Below, one piece after another: positions 9,601 through 19,400 of a DNA stretch of 64,000 nt (position 1 is its first letter; every line of letters begins with the position of its first letter). The stretch is taken from positions 1 through 64,000 of IMG/VR virus record IMGVR_UViG_3300022200_000019; one strand, given 5' to 3'. A program made the position numbers and the translations under genes. Below the pieces are notes generated by a model. The model had not been told where the DNA came from, ran no database searches, and saw nothing but the letters and a program-made list of their open reading frames with translations.

Positions 9601-10484
9601 GTACAGCAGTTGGATCAATAGAGCAAATTAAATCTCTAAATTTCGTTGGTGCTAACTTAGAAGTAGGAGTTAGCAATACAGATTCATCTGTACTTGACAT
9701 TGCGGTTACTGGTATTGTTGACGAAAACTCAATTGTAGATATCATTAGACCTAAACTTGCTGGTGACCACGACGGTGTAACTGTAACATACGATAATTAT
9801 AACCGCGTTTTTGATATTGCAGTTGATCCAATTACTGTAACGCTTGCTGGTGCAGTTACTGGATCTGGTACAATTACTTTTGATGGTTCGGGAACAGACA
9901 GTACACTAAACATTAATACAGCACTTGGTGGCGGAACTGCTGAAATTAGTGTTTCCGACGAATATGAAACACAAGGTACTGTATCGTCAATTAACTTTGT
10001 AGGTGGCGGCATTACTACAGCAGTAAGTTTAGATGGAACAACAGCAACAGTTTACGTTCCAAACTCACCTGCTAATGAACCGTTCCTAACAGTTGAAGCA
10101 GGAAGTGAAAATGTTCCTAATGCAAGACGTTTAGTAGCAGGCACTGGCATTAGTATTACAGATGGTGGAGCTGGTAGAACATTAACAATTAGTGCTGCAA
10201 GCGACGCAATTTTAGCAAGAAGCCAAATAGCACAAGATGACACACTAGTTGGACAACAAATTGAACTGAATTTTAAAGGTAGTCGGTTTGTACAGCCAGT
10301 TATTGAAGATGACGGCGACAATGATAGAATAAATATAACTATCTACGATATTAAGGAATATTGGTTTAGATCTGATTTTGATTGTGGTTATCTAACTGAT
10401 GATGAAGGTGCTATATTAAATATGGGCAATGATCTAAAGAAAGGTATCTTTGAAACTAAACCAGATCTAGGTTCGATATCATAA
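6690..10484 (+). CDS. Large tail fibre/baseplate structural protein with internal repeats
   Basis: 1264 aa; LDTLNELAAAIGDDANF, APTAPTA..GTNTTQIATTAFV and DAATKSYVD fibre motifs; 122-aa tandem repeat. Confidence 0.75.
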   Translation: MAISDNQKVDYLWKKLGYSATKTDTNANKLGPNEAIPSPLLLRGDNVWANSADIPTVMPASSAGVVTVYPTSAPQECTMDNTATTNRTWKTGLIDWIPPEFGSTYQVKVYIYTSGDAANAAASGTQVFATGSGNNDEWFFDYQSGVLHFIGSSLPNGVSFTGKSVYVSGSRYTGDKGVSLTGDFVFTNNEISLDPDNIIVLDTTTGLVIPTGSSLQRPASAPVGTIRFNTNNGSHEYWDGTDWVILNDPLAGFAVQEITGDGSTTSFTLDAEVNNASTLVVTIGGVVQTPGQGYTLSGTTTIVFAEAPIATDEVAIRFFGSTRNVYVSALLSPNWTTEVAANDANVAININSSSILTVSETETTLVGDFLPAVNEVYDLGSSTYKWKDLHLSGNSIYLGDLILKDNGDGTFGIYNNSDGSEASITITSEDAEKWTTARTITVDGAVTGSVTLDGSSNVTLTTTLNLSGAPTAPTATAGTNTTQIATTAFVTTAVDTAITNLLDDAPGVLDTLNELAAAIGDDANFIGTINDNIDSKLSLSGGTMTGNIDMGSHSLTGLPAPLSSTDAATKSYVDAALSSTLSSGEIVLGTNTTGNFVSVITAGEGIDVSGTSGVSAEVVISAEDATATNKGIASFNVSDFTVTDGNVTLVEDRLYDLVGEVFTGNSVEGIITTFNDATEKVDISVTDFDITLTGDITGSTSVTNFGSNIVINTTSNAIVGITVQDDYVDLGDSGTVNTLSFNGDNITLVRSGNTVTVEVDAGLTESDVRDTIGNTVKGTIRDPDTEVETESGITVNYDYENNTVELGVREFDITLVGDITGSGTVSRLQDVTITTVADFIAGITVQDDNVDLGSAGTVNTLSFDGSNIVATRNGDKVNISIPTGLTEDDVRDTIGATVKGTVRDPETALETETGITVNYNSENNTVELGVREFDINLSGAVTGSATVSRLQDVTIITDTDAIEGLTVTKNSTAVGSIEQIKSLNFVGANLEVGVSNTDSSVLDIAVTGIVDENSIVDIIRPKLAGDHDGVTVTYDNYNRVFDIAVDPITVTLAGAVTGSGTITFDGSGTDSTLNINTALGGGTAEISVSDEYETQGTVSSINFVGGGITTAVSLDGTTATVYVPNSPANEPFLTVEAGSENVPNARRLVAGTGISITDGGAGRTLTISAASDAILARSQIAQDDTLVGQQIELNFKGSRFVQPVIEDDGDNDRINITIYDIKEYWFRSDFDCGYLTDDEGAILNMGNDLKKGIFETKPDLGSIS
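8847..9578 (+). repeat. Two tandem 366-nt (122-aa) repeats
   Basis: GITVQDD..DLG..GTVNTLSF.G...DVRDTIG.TVKGT.RDP...ETE.GITVNY..ENNTVELGVREFDI starting at 8847 and 9213. Confidence 0.9.
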
Positions 10485-10494
10485 CAGGATTAAC

Positions 10495-13371
10495 ATGGCA
10501 AGTCAATTACAATTTAGAAGAGGCACAGATTTAGAGCATGATGCGTTTACTGGTGCAGAAGCTGAAATTACAGTAAACACAACTAATAAAAGTGCTCATG
10601 TACACGATGGCGTAACAGCCGGTGGTATTGAACTAGCTCGTGCCGATTTAAATAATATCGATGATGCTACATTCTTAGCAAAAGCAGTAGCAGCAGGTGT
10701 CGAAGCAAGTGGTAGCGGATCCGCAACAGCAACCGTTACTAATATTACAAATGCAAATCCTGCTGTTGTAACCACATTGACTGCCCATGATTTTGCGGAA
10801 AACGCACAAGTAACATTTGTAGATGTTACTGGTATGACCGAAGTCAACGGTGTTGCGTTTTATATTGATGTACTGACTGCGACAACATTTGCGTTATACA
10901 CTGATGTAACATTATCAACAACATATAATGCAATTGCAAACAATTCATATTCTAGTGGAGGCACGGCTACTGCCAGTGCGCCAATTGGTGCCCCATCTAC
11001 AGCAGCATATGTTACTGTAGGTAACAATTCTACATTACCGAACGAGCGAGCATTAACTGCTGGTAACGGTATTACTATTACTGACGGCGGTGCCGGCGGC
11101 GGAATTAGTGTTGCTGCTAAACTTTCAGCAACTGTTCCAAGTAATTTAGGTTCAGCAGCCGCAGGCGTTTCGACTAACATTGCTCGTGCCGATCACGTAC
11201 ATGCTATGCCATCTGCTAGCGACGTAGGGGCTGTACCAACTGCCAGAACCGTTTCGGCAGGATCGGGTTTAAGCGGCGGAGGCGCATTAAGTTCAAACAT
11301 TACTTTAGCGTTAGACGCAGATATTGGTGATTTGGGCGATGTTACTATAACTTCGGCAGCCAATGGCGACATTTTAATTTATAACTCAGCAACTTCCGCC
11401 TGGGAAAATAGTTCAGCACTTGCTCGATTAACAGTTGAAAGTGCCGATTCTACAGTAGGTACAGCATTGGCTATCACTACGTTGAACTTTACCGGTACCG
11501 CAGTCACAGATGGCTCTGTTGTAGTATCTGCCGAAGCAGGCAATAACTCTCAAGTAAATGTTAATATTCCTCGCATTTATACAGAAGAACAAATTCAAGA
11601 TATTGTCGGCGCAATGGTATCAGGCAATACCGAAAGCGGTGTTACTGTAACATACGATGATGCTAGTGGTAAACTAAATTTTGGAAATGACTCATTTGAT
11701 TTGTCATTATCCGGAGATGTTCAAGGTACTGCAACAATTGACCATACTGGTAATGTATCAATGACTACTACTATTTCTGCAGATTCTGTTGCTCTTGGAA
11801 CAGACACAACAGGCAATTATGTGTCAACACTAACTGCTGGTACTGGACTAAGTTTAACAAATGCCGCAGCTGGCGCAGAAGGCGCACAGTATACTATCGC
11901 ATTAAATTTAGATGGTAATACTAGCTTATCTGAATTTGTTGCTGATACTGTTGGTAGTATGGTTACATCTAATACAGAATCTGGAATTAGTGTAACTTAT
12001 CAAGATACTGATAATACATTAGACTTTGATGTTGCTGATTTTACTATTACCTTAACTGGTGATGTTACTGGTACCGGAACAGTTACTAATTTAGGTAACG
12101 TATCGTTTGCAACACAAGTAGCCAATGATTCAATTGCACTAGGTACAAAAACTACTGGTAACTACGTTGCTACATTAACAGCAGGCTCTGGAGTTTCTAT
12201 AACAAATGGTGCCGCTGGTCTAGAAGGATCAGCGTATACAATTGCGCTAGATTTAGGCGGCGCTAGTGGTCTTGATGAATATATTTCCGATACTATCGGT
12301 ACAATGGTTACATCTAACACTGAATCAGGAATTAGTGTAACTTACCAAGACGCTGATAATACATTAGATTTTGACGTTGCTGACTTTACTATTACCTTAG
12401 GTGGTGACTTATCGGGCAATGTTACTATTACTAATTTAGCTAGTGCTACGCTTACTGCTCAAATTGCGGCTGATGCAGTAGAACTAGGTACTAATACTAC
12501 TGGTAACTATGTTAAATCTATTTCAAACGGATCGTATATTACTGGCGCAGGAGCATCTGAAGGTGCAGAAATTACACTAGCAGTTGATGCTACTTCTGCT
12601 AACACAGCAAGTAAAATTGTTGCACGTGATGCATCAGGAAACTTTAGTGCTGGAACTATTACTGCAAACTTAACAGGGACAGCAACATTAGTTAACTGTA
12701 CAGCAAATAATACAACCAATGAATCTGTTTACATTGCGTTTGTTGACGGTGCAACTGGTTCGCAAGGCATTGAAACGGACACGAATTTAGTATATAACCC
12801 AAGCACTAATACATTAACTGTTGACAATTTTGCAGGTACAGCAACGTTAGTTAACTGTACGGCAAACAATACAGCTAATGAAACAACCTATATTACTTTT
12901 GTTGATGGTGCAACTGGCTCACAAGGGTTAGAAACTGACACTGGATTAACATATAATCCAAGCACAGGATCATTAACAGCAACCGAATTTAACGGTACTG
13001 CAACATCTGCAGAGTATGCTGACTTAGCAGAAAGATACTTAGCAGATGACAATTATCAAGCAGGCACAGTTATTGCAGTCGGAGGCGAAGCAGAAGTTAC
13101 AGCAGCACACGCAGGTATCGCACATTCAGTACTAGGTGTCGTTTCAGAGAATCCTGCTTACTTAATGAATAGCACCTTAGAAAATGGCCTAGCTATTGCG
13201 CTTAAAGGACGTGTAAAAGTATTGGTGTTAGGCGAGGTAAATAAAGGTGATAGACTAGTACCATCGACTAGTGCAGGCTATGCTGTTGCTAATAACGACC
13301 GTAATGCTTGGTCATTTGCCATAGCACTAGAAAACAGCTCTACAGGCATTGTAGAAGCAGTTATACTTTAG
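10495..13371 (+). CDS. Tail fibre with C-terminal peptidase-G2-type intramolecular chaperone
   Basis: N-terminal QLQFRRGT motif; FCCH-like segment ITNANPAVVTT...HDF...VTGMTEVNG; C-terminal YADLAERY...GTV...GG...GVVSENPAYLMN...ALKGRV. Confidence 0.78.
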   Translation: MASQLQFRRGTDLEHDAFTGAEAEITVNTTNKSAHVHDGVTAGGIELARADLNNIDDATFLAKAVAAGVEASGSGSATATVTNITNANPAVVTTLTAHDFAENAQVTFVDVTGMTEVNGVAFYIDVLTATTFALYTDVTLSTTYNAIANNSYSSGGTATASAPIGAPSTAAYVTVGNNSTLPNERALTAGNGITITDGGAGGGISVAAKLSATVPSNLGSAAAGVSTNIARADHVHAMPSASDVGAVPTARTVSAGSGLSGGGALSSNITLALDADIGDLGDVTITSAANGDILIYNSATSAWENSSALARLTVESADSTVGTALAITTLNFTGTAVTDGSVVVSAEAGNNSQVNVNIPRIYTEEQIQDIVGAMVSGNTESGVTVTYDDASGKLNFGNDSFDLSLSGDVQGTATIDHTGNVSMTTTISADSVALGTDTTGNYVSTLTAGTGLSLTNAAAGAEGAQYTIALNLDGNTSLSEFVADTVGSMVTSNTESGISVTYQDTDNTLDFDVADFTITLTGDVTGTGTVTNLGNVSFATQVANDSIALGTKTTGNYVATLTAGSGVSITNGAAGLEGSAYTIALDLGGASGLDEYISDTIGTMVTSNTESGISVTYQDADNTLDFDVADFTITLGGDLSGNVTITNLASATLTAQIAADAVELGTNTTGNYVKSISNGSYITGAGASEGAEITLAVDATSANTASKIVARDASGNFSAGTITANLTGTATLVNCTANNTTNESVYIAFVDGATGSQGIETDTNLVYNPSTNTLTVDNFAGTATLVNCTANNTANETTYITFVDGATGSQGLETDTGLTYNPSTGSLTATEFNGTATSAEYADLAERYLADDNYQAGTVIAVGGEAEVTAAHAGIAHSVLGVVSENPAYLMNSTLENGLAIALKGRVKVLVLGEVNKGDRLVPSTSAGYAVANNDRNAWSFAIALENSSTGIVEAVIL
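11614..12510 (+). repeat. Three tandem 345-nt (115-aa) repeats, third partial
   Basis: MV(S/T).NTESG(V/I).VTY.D starts at 11614, 11959 and 12304, a constant 345-nt period. Confidence 0.9.
12679..12996 (+). repeat. Two tandem 159-nt (53-aa) repeats
   Basis: TATLVNCTANNT.NE..YI.FVDGATGSQG.ETDT.L.YNPST at 12679 and 12838. Confidence 0.9.
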
Positions 13372-13431
13372 TAAAATACTCAATTACCTTATTAAAAATA
13401 AGGGCTTACACCTTTTTTATCTCCTTTTTAC

Positions 13432-13439
13432 GATAAATA
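13432..13439 (+). promoter_or_regulatory. Late promoter box (GATAAATA)
   Basis: TAAATA core in the intergenic region before the 2384-aa fibre gene. Confidence 0.65.
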
Positions 13440-13480
13440 CTTTTGCTTTAATTAAGGCAATCTATAGGGGATAATACAAC

Positions 13481-16400
13481 ATGGCTATTACACGTATTAA
13501 GAATAACCAGATTACCGACCTAACGATCACCGCGGCAAAACTTGCCAACAATACGATCACAGCAGGTAAACTGGAAGACAACTTAACTTATGGATCTAAC
13601 TTAACAATTACTGGTAATTTAACAGTTAACGGTGCTTCAACTACCGTTAACTCAACTACCGTTGCTGTTGACGATCCTATTTTGCTTTTAGCTCCTGATC
13701 AAGCCGGCGCAGGCGCCTTAGATATTGGTTTCATCGGTGAACGTGGAACTGATACAAACGTCGCGTTTGTTTGGGACGAAAGTGCAGACAAGTTTGTAGC
13801 TGCTCTAACTTCAAGTGCAGATTCAAGCTCAACAATCACAGTCAGCAGCTATGCTGATATGCAAGTTAACGATTTAGACTTAGCAGCATTAACTGCTACT
13901 GGTAACGCTTCAATTGGTGGTACACTAGGCGTAACTGGCGCAACTACACTAACTGGCGCATTAGCTGCTAACGGTGGTATTACTGTTGACACATCAAACT
14001 TTACTGTTGACGGTTCAACTGGTGCTGTTACTACAGCGTCAACTATCACTGCTACTGGTGCTATTTCTTCAAGCGCAGGCGTTTCTGGTACAACTGGTAC
14101 ATTCAGCAGCAACGTTTCAGCAGGTGGCACACTAGCTTCAACTGGTGATTTTAGTGTTAACACTAATAAGTTTACTGTAGCTTCTGCTTCAGGCAACACT
14201 AGCATTGCTGGTACACTAGGTGTAACTGGTAATACAACAATTGGCGGTACACTAGGCATCACTGGCGAAACTACACTAGCTTCTGCTATTGTTAGTGATT
14301 TAACTGCTGGACGTGTTGTACTAGCTGGTACAGCAGGTGCTCTAGAAGATAACAACAACCTACAATTTGATGGATCAGAGCTAGGCATTACTGGTTCTAT
14401 TGACGTTTCATCTAACGTTGTTATTGGTGGTAACTTAACTGTTAACGGTACAACTACTACTGTTAACTCAACTGTTGTTACAATTGATGACACAATCTTC
14501 ACACTAGGTGGTGATTCAGCTCCAGCTAGCGATGACGATAAAGACCGTGGTATTTCATTCCACTGGCACAACGGCACAGCAGCTAAGTACGGCTTCTTTG
14601 GTTATGATGACTCACTAGGTGAGTTTGTATTCATCCAAGACGGTTCAGAAACTGCTGGTGTAATGTCAGCTTCATCTGGACTAGGTAGTGCTGCTTTTGG
14701 TAGCATGCGTGTTACAGACCTAACAAATGGTCGTGTACTACTAGCTGGTGCTTCTGGTGAAATTGCTGATTCAGGTAACTTAACATTTAATGGTTCTGCA
14801 TTATCTGTTACTGGTACTGCTACAATTTCTAGCAATGCTACAGTTAACGGCAACTTAGACGTTAACGGCGCAACCACAATGGGTAACCTAACTATTGACG
14901 GTACTTCAACTGTTGATATGGGTGCTAACCGTGTTACTAATGTTGCGACTCCGACTGCAACAAGCGATGCAGCTACTAAAGCATATGTTGACCAAGAAGT
15001 TAGTGCTGGTGGTTCTGTTCTAAAGATTTCTGGCGATACTGGAACTGATAGCGTAACTACTGGTGCTGCTAATGACACATTAGCGTTCTCAGGTACTGCT
15101 AACGAAATTGTAACTGCTGTTACTGATAACACCGTTACAGTCAGCTTACCAGATAATGTTACAATTGGTAACAACCTATCTGTTACTACTGACGCTTCAG
15201 TTAGCGGCGCATTGACTGTTACTGGTGCTACTACAGCATCTACAATTGATGCTTCGGGCGCAGTTGGTGTTGATGGTAACTTTGATGTTAATACTAACAA
15301 GTTTACTGTTGCTGCTGCTACAGGTAACACAACAGTTGCTGGTACACTAGGCGTAACTGGTGCTACTACAATGAGTTCTGTTACTACAACTGGTAACGTA
15401 ACTGTTGGTGGTAACTTAACAGTTTCTGGTACAACAACCACAGTTAACTCAACAACTGTTACAGTTGACGATCCAATCTTCACCCTAGGCGGCGACACAG
15501 CTCCTGCTTCGGATGATAACAAGGACCGTGGTATTGAGTTTAACTACCACAATGGCACAGCCGCTAAGGTTGGCTTCTTTGGTTGGGACGACAGCGCAGG
15601 TGAATTTGTATTCATTTCTGACGCAACTAACGTTGCAGAAGTAATGTCAGGTAGCTTAGGTAATGCTGCTTTTGGTTCAGCTCGTGTTGACGATCTAACA
15701 CAAAACCGTTTAGTAATTGTTGGTGCTTCAGGTGAACTAGCAGACAACAGTAACTTAACTTACTCAAGCGATCGTTTAACTGTTGCTGGTACCAATGGTA
15801 TTAGTGTTTCTAACGCAGCAATCCTATCAGGTAACACTGAAGTAGGTGGTACTTTCCAAGTTACTGGTGCTACATCATTAAATGGTAATGTAACACTAGG
15901 CGACGCAGGTGCTGACGCTGTTACTGTTACTGGTACTGCTACATTTGCTCAGCCAGCTGATTTTGACGGTGGTTTCACTGTTGCTGGTTCGCAAACAATT
16001 AACGTAGGTTCTAACCGCATCCAAGCTGTTGCTACTCCAAGTGCTGGCACTGACGCAGTTAACAAATCATACGTTGATAACCTACTAAGTGCAGGTTTTG
16101 ACATTAGCGACGGTACTGACAGCCAAACAATTTCACAAGGAGATACCTTTATTATTAACGGTACTCCAAGCGAGGTTAACGTTGCTGTAAGTGCTACTGA
16201 TACACTAACAATTGGCCTACCAGACAGCGTTACTATTAGCGACGCATTAACTGTTACTGGTGCTGCTACTGTTGGTACAACACTAGGCGTAACTGGTGCT
16301 ACTACACTAAGCTCAACTTTAGCTGCTGGTAACACTACTATTACTGGTACACTAAGCACTTCTGGTGCTGCTACACTAAACTCAGCATCTGTTACTAACA

Positions 16401-19400
16401 ATGCTACAGTTGGTGGTACACTAGGTGTAACTGGTGCTACAGGTATTGATGGCAACTTTGACATTAACACTAACAAGTTTACAGTCAACGCTACTTCAGG
16501 TAACACAGCGATTGCTGGTACATTAGGTGTAACTGGTGCTACTACATTAAGCAGCACATTAGGTGTAACTGGTAATACAACAGTTGGTGGTACATTAGGT
16601 GTAACTGGCGAATCAACATTAGCTTCAGCTACAGTATCAGATCTAACTGCTGGACGTGTTGTACTAGCTGGCACAGCAGGTGCAATTGAAGACTCAGGTA
16701 ACTTAACATTCAATGGTACTGAACTAGGTGTTACTGGTACATTAGATGTTTCTTCGGACGCATCAGTAGGCGGTAACCTAAGCGTTACAGGTAATACTAC
16801 AATTAGTGGTAACCTAACAGTTTCTGGTACAACTACTACTGTTAACTCAACCGTTGTTGAAGTTGCTGACCCAATTATGACAATTGGTGATGATGCTTCA
16901 GATGATAACTTAGACCGTGGTCTAAAATTCAAATGGCATAACGGTACTGCTGCTAAGGCTGGCTTCTTTGGTTATGATGAGTCAACTGGCGAGTTTGTAT
17001 TCATCGAAGACGCAACTGATACAGCAAGTGTAATGAGTGGTTCACTAGGTGCTGCGGCATTTGGTACAATGCGTGTAGCTGATTTAACAGATAACCGCGT
17101 ACTATTAGCCGGTGCTTCGGGTGAAATTGAAGATTCAGGTAACTTGACATTTGACGGTTCTGCTTTAGCAGTAACTGGCACAGCATCGATTAGCAGCAAT
17201 GCAACAGTCGGTGGTACATTAGGTGTTACAGGTGAATCAACTCTGGCAAGTGCTACAGTATCCGATTTAACATCAGGTCGTGTTGTACTAGCTGGCACAG
17301 CCGGATCACTAGAAGATTCAGGTAACTTAACATTTAATGGTACACTACTTTCTGTAACTGGTAACGCTTCTACAAGCGGTAACATTACAGCAGGCGGTAC
17401 TTTAAGTGTAACTGGCACTTCAACATTCACTGGCGCTGTAACTGCTTCTAGCAATGCTACAGTCGGTGGCACTTTAGACGTAACTGGTGCTACATCATTA
17501 AGCAACACATTAACTGTTTCTGGTGCTACTGCGCTAAACGGTGGCTTAACAATGGACACCAACAAGTTTACTGTTGCTGACACAACTGGTAACGTTGCTA
17601 CTGCTGGTACATTAGATGTAACTGGTGCTACGACATTAACTGGTTTACTAACAGCTAACGGTGGTATTACTGCTGATTCTGGAGTATTCACAGTTGCTGA
17701 CACAACTGGTAATGTACACACAGGTGGCACATTAAATGCTGATGGCGCTGCTACACTAGGTTCAACACTAGGCGTTACAGGTGCTACTACATTAAGCAGC
17801 ACGTTAGCTGTAACTGGTGCTACAACACTAACAGGTGCTTTAACTGCTAATGGCACAGTAAGTTTAGACGATGCTGTTGTTATTAACGAAAGTGGTGCTG
17901 ATGTAGACTTCCGTGTTGAAGGCTCTACTAACGCTAACATGTTAATTGTTGACGCTGGTACAGACTCTGTATTAATTGGAACAGCTACTCCAGTAACTGA
18001 CGCTTCATTTGTAATTGGTACTACTGACTCGTTCATGCTACCAGTTGGTTCAAACGCAGAACGTCCAGCAACTGGTGTTCAAGGTATGTTCCGTTTCAAC
18101 AACATCTCAACCACTCCAGAATACTATGATGGTTCTAAGTGGACACAGATGTCAACTGAATTCACTGTTATTGCTTCAGAAACATTTAACGGTGACGGGG
18201 CAACTACTGCGTTTACACTACAAAGCAGTCAAACAACTGCTAGCACAATTGTTAGCATCAACGGTGTTGTTCAGCTACCAACTACAGCATACGCTGTAAG
18301 CGGCACTACATTAACATTTACTGAAGCTCCTGCTACAGGCGACGTTATTGAAGTACGTGAACTAACTACCACTGAAACTGTTGTTAGCCTATCTAACACA
18401 GCTGGTACAGCAACAATTGAATGCTCTGAAGCTAACAGCAACATCGCAGTTGATTGCGGTACAATGACTATTAATGGTAACTTAGTTGCTACTGGTAGCA
18501 TTACTGCTAACGGCGACCTAGCATTTGGTGACGCTAACACTGATAGCATTACATTTAACGCTGACGTTGCTTCAAGCATCCTTCCAGATGTTGACGCAAC
18601 TTATAACTTAGGTTCAAGCAGCGCCAAGTGGAACAATGTATATGGTGTGAATGTTACAGCAACAGGTACTACTACAGTAGCTGATCTAACTGTTGGCGCA
18701 GGCTCAACAATTAGCATGGGCAGCAACAAGATCACTGGCGTAGCAGCTCCAACTGCTTCAACTGACGCAGCTACTAAGGGTTATGTTGATGGTCTACTAA
18801 GTGCTGGTACTGACATTTTCTCAATGGCAGGCGATACTGGTACAGCAAGCACAATGCAAACAGGTGATACTATTACTATCTCAGGTGGTACTGGTTTATC
18901 TTCTGCTTCAACTGCTGATACAATCACAATCAACCTAGATAACAGTGGTGTAACTGCTGGTTCTTATGGTAGTTCAACTGCTATTCCAACCTTCACAGTT
19001 AACGCACAAGGTCAAATCACTGCTGCTGGTACAACATCGATTAGTTCAGACATGTCTATTGCAGCTGACGCAGGCACAGGTGGCCCAATTACAGTTGGCA
19101 CAGACACGTTTACTATCGCTGGTGGTACTAACGTTAATACTTCGGTATTTGGTGATACTATTACTGTTAACTTAGATGCTAGCCCAAGCGTTACTAACCT
19201 AACTGCTAGTGGTACAATCACTGGTGCGTTAAGCGGCAACGTAACTGGTAACGTTACAGGTAACTTAACTGGTAATGTAACATCAACTGGTACATCATCA
19301 TTTGGTACGGTATCAACTAGCGGTAATTTAACTGTTGGCGGTACGTTAAACTCAGACGACATTACAGCTTCAACTGTAACTGTTTCTGGTAACGCTACTA

